The notes beneath the pieces were generated by a model. The model saw only the letters and a list, made by a program, of their open reading frames with translations, was not told where the DNA came from and searched no databases. The translations under genes and the position numbers were made by a program. A stretch of DNA of 64,000 bases from a bacterium (GTDB lineage Bacteria; UBA8248): the NCBI GenBank assembly GCA_965213685.1, contig CBDBZY010000018.1:128001-192000 (forward strand), in the 5' to 3' direction. This document shows, piece after piece, positions 28,052-41,539 of this stretch (position 1 is its first letter; every line of letters starts with the position of its first letter).

Positions 28052-28638
28052 CTGTTCACGTAAAAGCAAGTAGCAATAGTAACAGTAAGGGCAATCAAAA
28101 GCCAGTATGACTGCTATATAAGTGTATAAGCAGATGCGACACTGCCTGCACTTTACATTCGCACTGTAATATTTTTTTATGTGGGGGGGGGGGGTGTTAT
28201 TAAATGTCCTAGTATTGTGTTTACAGTGCAGTAATGTGATTGTCCGCCGTTCCTGCATAGCGCTTTGCACGGTCGTATAACAGCATTCGTACTCGTGACC
28301 TTCCGCAGGCTGGGCGTGGCTTACTTTGGCCTCTGCCTTTGCAGCTGTGCCTTTGGAAACGCTTATGATAAATTTGAGAGCTTCACGTCTCACGACGTGT
28401 GCATCATGATATCAGCCCAGTGAGATATACATGTACATAGCGGAATGAGGTTGCACGTGACACACTTAAGCCTCATTTCTGCTCCTGCAGGCACTATTTC
28501 CGGGTATTGACCACACCCGTGAAGGTCTACGTTCACAATTAAGACCACCTTGTAGCTGGAGAAACAGCTGTTCACATGAAGATCGGGTGAGGGTGCCAAG
28601 CAATGTGAAGACGGACGATCACGCGCTTCATGAGCGGC

Positions 28639-29310
28639 CTTCTGACTTGTCTTGGTCCCTTCACATTGCCAACTGCTGTAATACAACTCGTAGACTCATT
28701 GGACTTCTATACAGACAATTCTATCAACATACATCCACATCCCCTCCATGTCTCTTAAGGCTCTATAAGAGCTTCATTCGATCTCACCTGGAATATGCAT
28801 CTGTTGTCTGGAACCCTTACTATAGGGGTGAAATTGCAGCTCTGGAAAGTTTGCTCTTCGAGTCTGCCGGAAGTCATGGGATACCAACTATGATGAACTT
28901 CTTTCTGCTGCTGACATTCCTTCTCTCCAACACAGACGCATCCAACAAAGCCTTTGCCATCTTTTCAAAATTATTAATGGACTGATAGATTTTCCATCTG
29001 CACCAACACTTCCTCGAGTCAGCCTTTATGGCACTCGTTCAGCAGGCAAACCAGTCTTTCTTATTCCTAAGTTTAGAACCAGTTCTTATCAATTTTCATT
29101 TTTTCCTAATGCATTATCATTTTGGAACAGTTTGCCTAGAGATATTTTTGACTGCCATTCTTTCTTTTCTTTTAAGAGGTCTGTATTACATCACTTATAA
29201 CTACTTGCTTCTTTCTTTTTTCATCTGTGAGGGTGCACTATGTATTAGCTTCTAGCTATTTGTGTATCCTGTGCTTTGGCATAAACTATTACTATAAAAG
29301 AAAAAAAAAA
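28639..29310 (+). mobile_element. 5'-truncated recent copy of the LINE at 40102-44460
   Basis: Nearly identical to ~43771-44430 apart from small indels; poly-A tail. Confidence 0.95.
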
Positions 29311-29443
29311 GAGTTCCTGTAAGCTATCAGTGTGTGTTTGAATGTTGTGATACATGTACATGTTCTGATACGTGTATATGTACATGTACACGTATATGCT
29401 TCGCTGTGCAATTTTCAACCTGCATCTCTCTCTCTCTCTCTCT

Positions 29444-29634
<191 letters not shown>

Positions 29635-30325
29635 TCTCTCTCTCTCTTTAACGAGATAAGCCAAGTGGATGAACTGGCTCAACTCATAAGCCTTACAGAC
29701 TGAGACAAGACAAAGGTACAGATAACCATGATAAAGGTACAGATGACCACACCCACTGGGTGTAGTCAAGATGGATCAAGGGCCATCTGCAGTGATAGAG
29801 CCTCCTTCCTTTCATTGCTGAGTTTGTTTCTCCCTCCCTTGCTCTCTTCTCCCTCTCCTACCCCTCTACTCCCTCGGGTGTTCCAGAAGCACTCATTCTC
29901 CGACCTCTGCCAGCTCAGAGGTGAGTGAGTGGTAGAGCATCCCCCTACTTTCTTCTTTACCTGTCCTCCTCCCTTCCTGCCTCCCTCCCTCCCTCCCTCC
30001 CTCCTTCCCTCTCTGACTCAGGCTTCAAAGTCTCTCTCCCCTATCCCTACTCCACCACTTGGAGTGGCTCTACCTAGGAGGAAACAAGATCCAGGTAGCC
30101 ACCCACCTTCCTTCCCACCCTCTTCTTCCCTTTCTCCATCTCCCTTCCCTTTTTCTTTCTAACCTTTCCTCTCTCTTTCCTCACTCCCTCCCTTCCCACC
30201 TTCACGCACACAAACTCGCCACATACATGTATGACAATTCCTAAACCATAACATTATGACAAGTCCTAAACCACAAGCCACGTGTACCACTCTCTCCCTA
30301 ATAAGGCACACCATGCAGCCACCAG

Positions 30326-30382
<57 letters not shown>

Positions 30383-30586
30383 TGTGTGTGTGTCTGGGTG
30401 CTTGGAGGAAACAGAGGTGGGATAGTAAGGGGAATGTACTTGTACATGGGCCTCTTCCTACTAGGCGTGCTAATCTGTCCTCATGCACTGCACCATGCAA
30501 TGAATATTGTTTGCATGGGTGGGCTGATCTATAATGAGTTATAGTGTGCACAGTTATTGTGTTTGAGAGTTATGAAGATTGTGGTG

Positions 30587-30769
30587 AAACTGAGTTGTTG
30601 ACTGAGGTTTGAACTCTAGCCTTAGGATAGTACCATCAATCCTGCACTCCTCTGCCACCAGAGACCCGGTGGCTCAGTAGTAAGAGTGTCTGACTAGTAT
30701 TCAGAAGGTCCTGGGTTCAAATCTTAGCTGGGTCCTGATTTTTTCAGGACTTCTTCAACAACTCAGTTT
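30587..30769 (+). mobile_element. tRNA-like sequence enclosed by 15-bp inverted repeats (family C)
   Basis: AAACTGAGTTGTTGA / TCAACAACTCAGTTT around GGTGGCTCAGTAGTAAGAG..GGTTCAAATC..T6. Confidence 0.6.
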
Positions 30770-31511
30770 GACGTAGATGAATACCTCTAATTCCATCATG
30801 TCTCTCTCTCAAGTGAGCTCTAAATGGTGAGTTCCCAGACCAGTGCTCTCCATTCGTGGACCAAGTTCTCCTCATAGTGCATGCATGTGCACCATGTCTG
30901 GAAACAAGTGCAAAGTCTGAGAATGAGGCTGCAGTGGGTGATCAGAGTAGGCATTTCGTGATGGCAGGTCTTCCAGTGTTCTCCGCAGAGTCACTCTCTC
31001 AATATGTGTGTACATGTACATGTATGCTTAATCAATTAGCTATTTAAATATTTCTATGCTCCCATTCTGTTTCTGTCTGCCTCTCTGTCTGTCTCTGTCT
31101 CCCCGTCCATCTGTTTGTCTGTTCTGCTGTCCCTATTGGAACTCCCTCTGCCTTTCATATTTCTTTTCCTTCTCATCACAGAACAAGTATAGATGTGCCA
31201 CTTCATTTTGATGGTGGGTCAGTGGAATCTCCCAACTGCAAGTGTGGCTACAAGTACACTGCAGGCAAGTATAGCAGCCTTTCATGCAGCCACAGAGAGC
31301 AAGTGGTGGCTATCCTCTCAGAGTGAGTGGTTCTAGTGAGATACATGTTCACTGCACACCTCAATCACTGATACTTGTCCACTGCAGTGGCTGTTCTCAG
31401 CTGCGTTGACGGGTGGGAAGAGACAGTGAGGAAGAAATTGCTGAAGCTCACACAAGAAACATTGCTGACATCATGACTGCTTTTAAATTCATTGTGAATG
31501 TATGCTGTTAT

Positions 31512-31874
31512 CATAGGTGCCAACTTTTTTTGAAGAACTTCAGGGACAAAAGATAACCATGCCCAAAACACACCCATTCCACACCCATGATATGCCAAAA
31601 TTAATTGAATTTTGCTCCGGCAATTGATATCATAGGTGCGTAGGGTACGTGACCTCACGGTTAACTCCACCCACAAGCCAGCAGTGCATTATTTAACGCC
31701 CAGAGTGAACGCGTACGGTACACAAGCATAACAGGTAAGTTATAATTGTTACTTAGCTCAGGTGAGTAGAATTTCCGGGACATTTCACTCAAGAAGCAAG
31801 TTCCGTGCGGGACACGGGACGAGAGCTCTAAATCCGGGACTGTCCCGGACGTTCCGGGACATTTGGCACCTATG
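31512..31874. mobile_element. CATAGG-ended MITE with 6-bp TSD
   Basis: TIRs CATAGGTGCCAA / TTGGCACCTATG, CGGGAC subterminal repeats, TGTTAT on both sides. Confidence 0.8.
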
Positions 31875-32954
31875 TGTTATGTACATGTACATGTAATTAA
31901 TTTTCTCCTGCCACTTCCTGCGCAACATACCGCGTATAAAGGGCTCACCATGGCGTTTAACTCCATGAGTACTGATATACATGTACATGTGCCATAGATA
32001 TCCCATGGATGGGACTTTGAACTCGTGTGAATAGCAGATCCTTTGGTACATTTGTTGATGCGTAGCTCCACGGACGAAGAAGGAAAGGTCGACAAAAAAA
32101 CGATGGCCGTTTCGAAAAAGATGAACGTGTGAAGACGTGCGTTTCCAAGACGTTAGAGACTTACATGTACGCGTACCGCTGCATAAGACGATCTTCCAGC
32201 TTGCTTGACACAAAGGCAGAAGCGGCATTTCAGGAAGCGAGCAGTGAGTGTGTGCCCTCACTCTCACGCTGTTGACAGTCTCTCTCACTGACGAACGTTA
32301 GACATTAGACAGTGTTGGTGTCAGTCTTATACATGTCTACTCACTTGCTCTGCATACGCACATTATGCATACATATTGCTGTACATGTACATGTTACGTT
32401 GTCTCTACTACTGCTACATGTACCATCTTTCATTTTCTTGTTATACCTCATTCCTCTACCTCAAACTTTGTCTATTCTATTCCTATTCCTATCACATATT
32501 GAGAGCCGCTAGTTATATGCACGTCTTGCGTATACATGCACATTTCTATTTACTCTCCCTCCCTCCCTCCCTCCTCACTATCTCTGCCCTTCTCATTGAC
32601 AAGGACATTTTGATATTTTAGTATTACTGCCAGTCAAAAGAATGTTCCAACATACACATATACATGTAAATCCTGTTGGAGAACAATGCTCTCTTGCCAG
32701 ACTGTACTAACTGTTGTTAACTGTGATGTCATCTGTGTATCTCTTTATATCATGTATAGTGATGTAATGGTGTAGGCTTATTTAGAACTTTGTGTTGGCT
32801 GTGTAGTTCCAGCCACATGTTCATAAGAGTCAGTGCAATCACTTATTGTCAAAGCTGAGTCAGTCGCAAGTGCTTCTCTTTGCAACATACCCATCCCTTA
32901 ATTACACCATTCACATTTCACTTGGTATATTCCTTCCCCACAACCACATGCATG

Positions 32955-33110
<156 letters not shown>

Positions 33111-33316
33111 CTCACATACAAGATACAACCCCCTGTGACACCTTACCTTTTACCTTCACCTTCAGCTGATACCAATTCTTCCTCTTCCTTCCCCCACTTC
33201 CCCCCTTTGTTCCTCATCCTTACCTTTCTCCCTCTCCTGCTCACCCACCAAGATAAGATACTATTCCAACCATGTCCCTGCCCCATGCTGTGATGAGCTA
33301 GTGAGGTGGTACCTAC

Positions 33317-33403
33317 CTTCACTCTCTCTCCTCTGCCGTTCTTCCTCCAACTTGGACCCACTCAGGACATTAGTTAGTGTCCACTTATCTCCATCTTCAC
33401 ACT
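33317..33403 (-). CDS. Kelch gene exon 5 (ECEDGDKWTLTNVLSGSKLEEERQRRESE)
   Basis: CTGCAG acceptor, AAG|GTAGGT donor, 87 nt, phase 1-1; not in the ORF track. Confidence 0.75.
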
Positions 33404-33582
33404 CTGCAGTGGAGGCAGAGATACATGTGCAGTTACCTAGGCAATACTCTTGCCAGTAATTAGTGCAGTACTCCTCCCTCTGCCCACAGAGGAGATCACA
33501 TTACATCATCCACTCACACCTGACATCCTGTGCATAGTGCACTATGTACCCACATGGAGGACATGCCACAGCCTCCACTCAC

Positions 33583-33757
33583 CAAACTCCAGGACTGTGG
33601 TGTCAGAGAGCAGCGGTGCATCATGTGGTGAGGCATACTTGTTAGGGCTATCGGAGACTCCAGCCACAGCCACCACCAACTTCTTTGTAGGAGTGAGGTG
33701 GATCAGTCCACCACCATGCGCACAACGTGGAGTCAGGGATCCTGGGGGAAGGAGTAC
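33583..33757 (-). CDS. Kelch gene exon 4
   Basis: VLLPPGSLTPRCAH..LVVAVAG..TTVLEF; CTACAG acceptor, GTGAGT donor. Confidence 0.85.
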
Positions 33758-34255
33758 CTGTAGGGAGGGGAACAGGAGAACACTCAAATGTACAGCAGTC
33801 CACACAATTGTCTGGTACTCCACTGCTTACTGTTGGCTGTCAGTGAAAGTGTGTTGTGTATTATCTCAAAGGCTGCACATCACCTCCTACACACCCACTG
33901 CATTCACTGCTCTCCAGTAATGGAGCAGCCCATTCCTCGCTACTCTCTCCCTCTCCATACCACACAACTCTACACCACATGACTTCTCTACATGCACTGC
34001 ACACACTGCCATATGCTATCCGCATGCCAACCTCTATCCACTCACATGCCACACCTACTCACCTGGGTTGGCTGCACAGGACAATACCACACACACCACA
34101 ACACACCATCACTACTAGTATAGGGGCAGGCTTACAAGGGGAAGTGTTCAGCTGAGCACTAGCCACACATGCAGTGTGAAGGTCATTGCCACACAGCAGC
34201 ACTACTAAGGGGACATCAACATACTCACTGCCTCATGAGCTCACAGCTCACTCAC

Positions 34256-34453
34256 CTCCTCCCACTGGATGGCATTAATATTGAAGAGCCACACATCTCC
34301 AAGTGGCTCGCCTGATCTGCTCACACCTCCCACCATCACCATACATGGGTGTGGTGGGTCTGTGCTGGGATCCCACATACTGTAGGCTGTGTGGTAAGCC
34401 CTCTCCTCAGGCCATGGCTGGCCTGTCTGAGGTAGCACTGGTCCAGTCCAGTG
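34256..34453 (-). CDS. Kelch gene exon 3
   Basis: PEERAYHTA..MVMVGG..DVWLFNINAIQW is a Kelch repeat; phase 0-0. Confidence 0.9.
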
Positions 34454-35212
34454 CTGGAGAGGGAGAACAATTTGAGAACACTTTGAGAACATGTAATCCA
34501 CTCACATAATTATGCACATGCTCCAGCTCAGTAAGGCACCCTCCCCTCTCTACACTGCCTGTATGGACTCACACTACTAGCTAGCCACACATGCCAGCCC
34601 ATGTACATGGAACATGTACCTGCAAACCTCTTCTCCCATGCACACTAACTGTCATGTACACTGTATGTAGTCTACATGTAGATTCTGTCTCATCATGATA
34701 AGAGCAACATCTTGTCCACTACTCTATCAGTTACTATGCATGTACAGGCCACTATTGGGTCAAACCAGAGACAAGAGACAATATATTCATTACTGTATGT
34801 ATTCCCATATTCACATGTGTATGCTCATATTCATGTACATGTGTGTGCATGGAATGGTGTCTTGTGCAGGGGACAATGTCTCCTGTAGCACTGCTCTACA
34901 TGTATGTACTGCCAGACCTGCCACTCCTCATTCCAACTCACAGGCCATGCTCCCCTCTCTACACTGGCTCATGGCTGATGACTGAACACACACTCTCTTC
35001 CCTGCACTGACTTATACCAGGTATCTAGGCCCACACTAGCCTCTCATCACATCATTGCAATCATATTACACTGATAGATAAGTGTACACAAATGGAGAAG
35101 ACACTAATTATGTGTTTTATTGTTCAAACAACTGAACTATGTAGACAGTAGGCCACAGGTGATCTCAGACCGTACATTATTAATTAGGTACAACTATATC
35201 TCAGCCACTCAC

Positions 35213-35370
35213 CCATGCCACAGTGTCCAGGATGAACACTGCATTTGTGTACCTCATTCTCTCTGCATCCACCCCACCAAACCATATGACTCTCCTCCTG
35301 TCCACTCTAGTGAGGGTCATGCCAGTAGATGGAGGAGTCCTACCAGTGGTGGGTGGAGTGGACCACTGAC
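35213..35370 (-). CDS. Kelch gene exon 2
   Basis: GQWSTP..VIWFGG..NAVFILDTVAW is a Kelch repeat; phase 1-0. Confidence 0.9.
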
Positions 35371-35534
35371 CTGGAGGGGGAGGGAGGGAGTGGTCTGGGA
35401 CTAGCCACACCCACTGGCCTGGGGACACTGCTCACATGATCCACCAACACCCACCAGGTAAGGCACAAGGCACTCTGCTCCTCACAACCATCTACACCAC
35501 TACATACTGACATGTACTAGTCAACATGTGAGGA

Positions 35535-35905
35535 GCTCTGCAATGCTCTCACTGTACTTGCTCTATTTGATTCTTTTACCATAAAATCGAACTCTGTTGC
35601 TGTTGGGGTAGGCAAATGGGAAATATGTAAACAATTAACTTCTTATTCACAGACTGTAGTGGTATTGTGGGCATGGGAGTGAATACAGTTCATAGGTGAC
35701 ACAGAAGAGGTGCCTGGCTCTGCAATGCTCTGACTGTACTTCATTTGAATATTTTACTATGAAATATTTTGTTGGGGCCAATGGGAACTATCTCAAATAA
35801 GTAAACATTGAAACTCCCTGTTTATCATAGACAGTGGTGTAGTGGTATTGTGGGCATGGGAATGAATACAATTCATAGTTGACACAGAAGAGGTGCCTGG
35901 CTGAC
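35535..35905. repeat. Local ~190-bp tandem duplication in Kelch intron
   Basis: TGTAGTGGTATTGTGGGCATGGGA..AGAAGAGGTGCCTGGCT occurs twice; a similar-sized local duplication is at 15541-15855. Confidence 0.7.
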
Positions 35906-37199
35906 TGTCCAAACATGAGCATGCCAGGCTGATTGCCTGACATGATACAGGTACATACATGTACATAGCAGAGGGTGAGGGATGTGACTTGTGTAGAGCA
36001 GCATACATAGTCACATCATTTGCATGCCCACCTCATGTGGTGAGAGGTAGCATGTCTGTGCATATATGTATGCTAGAATAACTGACATGGTTACCATGTA
36101 CACAGGAGGAGAGAGTGCTTCCTTATTAGGAAGCATACTATCACCATGCCTGGCCAGGTTGTGTGGGTGTTTCCCAACTGTCTATGATGGGGCACAGAGA
36201 CCACCTCCACCCTAACTAACAGCTCCTCCTCAAGCAGCCACTGCTAGAGAGGCAGCACTGCAGCACAGAAGAGACAGCCTAGCACCAAACATTACTAACT
36301 AGAGGAGTGATGCAGCCGAGGAGGGCCTTGGAAACAAGAGAGACATGTCTATAGCAGATGAGCTCATATCAGCTCCCATGACTGCTCCTGAGACTGCACT
36401 GGAGGGAGAAGCTCGGCTGCAGTAGAGAGACATGTCATTATATTTGCTGCAGTGGTTTGTTTGCTATAGAGAGAAAGGTTAGTCTTGAGACAGTTGCTCT
36501 AGAGAGATATATATTAGACAAGAGGGACCTGCAGCTACACTATCTAGTTATAATCAACATGCTGTTTAATTAACTCTTAGTAGCAACTGCCTGGCATTAG
36601 AGATTGCTGGCTGATAATACTAGACAGACAAGAAGCCACAACAGCAATGCATGTGTGTACACACAGGGTGTATGCATGGCTCAGCACCATGCTTAGAAAC
36701 ACAGAAATCAATAGCATAAGAGTAGCATATAAAGATATTAATAGTACCTAAACTAGGGCATTGTGTACCCATTCACCTTCCTATTTAAAGCCTCTTTCTT
36801 CCTTTCTTAACCTATCTTTGTTATATAGAGTAGTTGATCACTGCTTTGTTATGATTATGAAAATGGAATCAATCTAGGCTAATACACGAATGGCTTATAA
36901 TTAGTAGCCTAATAGTAAGTGAAGTGGTGAGAGGAGGTTGGGAAAAGGCCTGGTTGTGAAGTGCTGTAGTTATCTGTGCCTGCTCTTGTGTCTTCACTCT
37001 CATTTTAAACAGCATGTTGACTTTCAAATCACAGTTTTAACACTGTGCACCACTGCTATATATCTGAACTTTGTACCCACCTTCTTATGTGATCAGTGGG
37101 TTACACGTGCAGGATTTTGAGTTTGCCAGGGGAGGGACACCAAAGCACATCCCCAGCATGGGAGACTAGGAACGTGACCTCAAGAAAACATACACACTC

Positions 37200-37576
<377 letters not shown>

Positions 37577-37912
37577 CACTCTGAGAATAATTTGAGAGAC
37601 ATTTTCTGAATACTTGCAGCCACTTTATGGGGGAGGGGACGTAGTCACACATAATATGGTACACATTTTGGATAGCCAAGGAAAGGTCCTTGATCTGCAG
37701 CACATGACCTCACGTACACAATGACATGCTTTGAACAATATTTAATGGTCCAAAAAGTTAGACATCTCTATCTGCACTGAGTTTGTGGTCTGTGTCTGGT
37801 GTTATTACATGAGGCCATGTGTAGAGGTCAGCTCATACATGCAGTGGACCAGTTGTAACCTCATGCACAGCATGTGAGGAAGAGTAAAGGTACTGACAGT
37901 CCATGCACACAC

Positions 37913-38447
37913 CTGACTCAGAGTTGTAGTACAGGAGCTGATTGGTCCATCCTCGACCTTCACTGTCCCCTGGAGCAGGAATGAAGCCTGTCATTGGCTG
38001 GTGGGTAGGACGTTCTGCGAAACTTCCGATGGCAATCAAGCAACCATTAGGTAATGAAGTGAGACCTGACCCTGTGGTGCGTAGCATTTGGCCAGTGCTG
38101 ACCCTTCTCTTCCATGAAAGGTTTTGGGAATTGAAAGCAAAGAGTTCTTTGCAGAAACCTGACTGACCACAATCACCTCCAAAGAAAAGCGCTTCATCTC
38201 GAAAAGTTGTTACCGCAGCACCTCTGTACCATGGAGGTAGTTCACCAATGGGGCTAATCTTTTTCCATGATAGCAATGCGCCATCAAACACTTCTACTTC
38301 TCGTGGGAGTGTCACAATTGCTTTGTGTTGAAAGGACTTAAGAAAGCCTCGAATCATATATAACCTGCTTTCCACTGAAAAGGTTGGGGCATCATAACGT
38401 GGTTCAGGATGGTATGAGCCAGTTGGCTGTGCAGGAGGCTCAGCCAT
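37913..38447 (-). CDS. Kelch gene first coding exon (about three Kelch repeats)
   Basis: GCCATGG start 8 nt after an acceptor at 38455; PEPRY..LYMIRG..SW, LFFGG..SW, WTNQLLYY; G|GTGTGT donor. Confidence 0.85.
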
Positions 38448-40193
38448 GGCTGGATCTGGGGAGAGGGAGGAGGGGGAGATAGCCACTGAGTGGAGTTTCA
38501 CATGCACACAATTACTCATGTACAGTGTATGTGTGTGAGCATATGCATGTCTTGTCCAATTTCAAACACAGTGAAGCTTGTAAGCTACATACACTTGTGC
38601 ATGTGCTGTGGGCATACTTCAACACACCTGTGTATCAGTTGATGGGAGAGTGTTTCTAGCTGTGTAAGCCAAGCTAGGCAAATGCACTCTAGTGTTGTGT
38701 GCAGGCTCTTTTAGTCCATTCCGCATGCAGGTGGCAGGTGGTTGCTAAGTTGGGGAAATCCCATCATGTAGCCCTTCTGTCTAACTCCACCCTTAAAGTG
38801 GTCTCTAGAGTGGGGGAAATCCCACAATGTTGCGCTAGCTCTTTTGTTTTGCTCTGCTTTCAATTCTCTGCTAATATGCTTGCATGAGGAAATCGCTTCA
38901 TGCTATGGATTTAGTGGCAGCATACAAGGACGTTCTGGGACCTTCTAAGTTCTAACATTACTGGAAGTGTGACTGTGGACATTAGCATGATGGGGTAGGA
39001 GTATGCAGCAAGGAATGGTACAGTAGTGGGTTCAAGTGGTAGAAAACTGTGATGAGAAACCAAGTCAAGAGGTAAAGGCACGCTCAGGGTTTTATACCTA
39101 CTCTTAGGGGAGGGGCTTGCTCAGATACACGACGGAGCTGAAGACAAATATATCTCGAGCGTTCAGGGCTCAAGAATCCGAGCGCTTTATGCTCAGCAGA
39201 GCAAAGGCTAGGGCCGCGTTTGCCCATGTCAGGAAGCAAGTGACGTTCGGACAGGCGATGGGGAAAGGGCGCTCGGACGTATGACGAGATAAGGGCTGAA
39301 AGAGCTAGGCTTCAGACAACTCTAGTCCTACCATGCAATCACAAGAGTAAGAAATTTCGCCACTTGTTCCCACAGTGGTACATGTACATTGTGGCCCTGC
39401 GCTCGCTGCCGGCAGCGCATATGGTACTAAGGTAGGCGGGAGGTGTATACTCGAAACTTTTATAGCTTTGACTGTAAGCTTACTGTGGCTCACACTTTTC
39501 TGTGTTTTCCTAGCCAGTTGAATGCGCTCTTTGTTTTCCCTTGCGCAGGGCGAGGTTCACTCTGATCTGTCCCACCCTTTGCTCAATAGTATCCTAGAAG
39601 TATGCGGATATGGACGACAGTGAGTGTTGTGCAAAACCGGAAGTTTTATGGGAAATATGAATATTGCTGTACATAGGAAGTCTATTATCTAAACTCCTAC
39701 ACTCCAGAAACCCACGTCCACCATTGCGATCCGCCACATGGCCTGCGCGCGAAAGCATGAAAGCATAATTTGGTTACTAGTATACGCTGTCAGTTCAATG
39801 GCTAGTGCTGCATCCACAGGTTGTAAAGTACACGTCATACCAACAACTGATCGTCTGCGCTAAACTATAAAGTAACAATTTTCCTGTGACTTCAGCTACA
39901 CAAACATTATACATTTTTTTCAAATACCCTCCGGTTCCATGTGTTCAGATAAGTGACTTCCTACAGTAGCTTTTCACGTGTGACGGCGCGTCTTCGACAA
40001 ACAAGCCACGCGGAGCCACGCCTTCCGTGGCTCCGCGAGGCTGCGAAGCAGAGGGCCACACTGCGACTTATAATTAATATCAGACTCAAAGTCATTGAAG
40101 GAAATATATGTTCTGCAAACTTTAGCTGTGGCATGCCAACGTTTCAGTGTTGGAAACTCCAGAAGGCGAGGGAGCTAGAGAAAGCTGGTTGCG

Positions 40194-41486
40194 ATGCCGC
40201 CGAAGCGATGTGGAACGCCGAGATGGGCTACAACAAGGGGAGCTGTCGCTGCCAGTGGGAGCCGGGCAAAGTGCGATTTGTGCCTTGCGAATATTGTTGA
40301 GGGCAAGGACGAAGCGTTGCAGTGCGAGGGTGCCTGCCAGCAGTGGTTTCACCGTTATTGTGCAGGAGTATCCCAGGGCCATTTCAAGACTCTAACCACC
40401 AGTGACAGTCCTTTTGTTTGTCTGTACTGCTCTCGCGATCTGCGCCAAGCTGCTCTCAACCAACTTCAAGACGAAGTAAGAACTCTGAAAACAGTGGTTG
40501 GTGAGTTGCTGGCTGCATGTGACTTGGAAGTGGTCCGTGGTATTGCAAGCAAAAGTGACCTCCTTACTGCCCTAACTGAGGAGGTTCAGCAGCTGAAAGT
40601 TCAGTGTGAGAGTGCTCGAGCTCAGCTTGCACTAGTAGATCGAACTACCCATTGTGTTTCATCCCAGTCCTCCCCCAGTACCAGTGGCAATTCAGCCTGG
40701 CAGGTTGTCCCTAGTAAGGAGAGTAAGCATAAGAGTTCGAGGTCATCCCAGAGGCACTCTACTCTTGCGTCCCATCCTAAGAGCTATCCTAGGCACTATG
40801 TTAAAGTTGAGGGAGCTAGGAAGGTCTGGGGTACCATGAGGAATACCTCAGCTTCTGCTGTGGCTAACACTATTAAGTCCCTCACTACTCTCTCTGCATC
40901 CCAAAATGATCTGATTATTAAGAGGAAATATAAGAGAGCACACAATGACCAGAAGCGTGTGGTAAAGTGGTGGTTTGTCATTAGAGGAGATGAGAAACTG
41001 CTGGAGAAGTTAGATCACCAGTGGAACTTGGTTGCTGTGCAGACTGCTTGGCAACTTCAGCCACTGCAGTGTTTCCTTGAAGCCAGAAATGATGCCTCGG
41101 CTTCAGCTTCTCCTGCTGGTGAAAGTTGGGATGGCCTGGCTCCCTTGGAAGCATTTCAGGATCCTAGCAACAAAAACAATGCTGATGAAGCCACAAGCAC
41201 TCATGAACAGTCTGGGAACAATGGAGGGAGTTCCATAACTTGTGAGTCTAACAGAACCTGCATAGCTTCCAACACATCTCCAGCTGGTTCAGCAAGTTCA
41301 GATGCCTTGCCACCCCAGAAGTCCATTCAGATCCCTGACAACAGTGACAGTGCTAAAGAAGTCATTAACACGGACGTTCAGTCTGGGCACAATGGGAAGA
41401 ATTCCATTATAGCCGCATCTAACAGAACCAGTACCACTTCTGATACTCCTTTTTTAGGACCCTCTCCTTCAGCTGTGGTCCCTTAA
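40194..41486 (+). CDS. LINE ORF1: PHD finger + coiled coil
   Basis: CDLC..CEGACQQWFHRYC..CLYC is a C4HC3 PHD, followed by heptad-like helices. Confidence 0.9.
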   Translation: MPPKRCGTPRWATTRGAVAASGSRAKCDLCLANIVEGKDEALQCEGACQQWFHRYCAGVSQGHFKTLTTSDSPFVCLYCSRDLRQAALNQLQDEVRTLKTVVGELLAACDLEVVRGIASKSDLLTALTEEVQQLKVQCESARAQLALVDRTTHCVSSQSSPSTSGNSAWQVVPSKESKHKSSRSSQRHSTLASHPKSYPRHYVKVEGARKVWGTMRNTSASAVANTIKSLTTLSASQNDLIIKRKYKRAHNDQKRVVKWWFVIRGDEKLLEKLDHQWNLVAVQTAWQLQPLQCFLEARNDASASASPAGESWDGLAPLEAFQDPSNKNNADEATSTHEQSGNNGGSSITCESNRTCIASNTSPAGSASSDALPPQKSIQIPDNSDSAKEVINTDVQSGHNGKNSIIAASNRTSTTSDTPFLGPSPSAVVP

Positions 41487-41539
41487 GTTCTTACCCTATT
41501 GATAATTCTGTTCATGTTAGTAGTGAAGGTATTAGTTTA

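Noticed and set aside
27959-28393. 144-aa ORF as N-terminus of the ROC protein
   Set aside because: Different frame from the ROC ORF and crosses a clear splice acceptor at 28051; no recognisable domain
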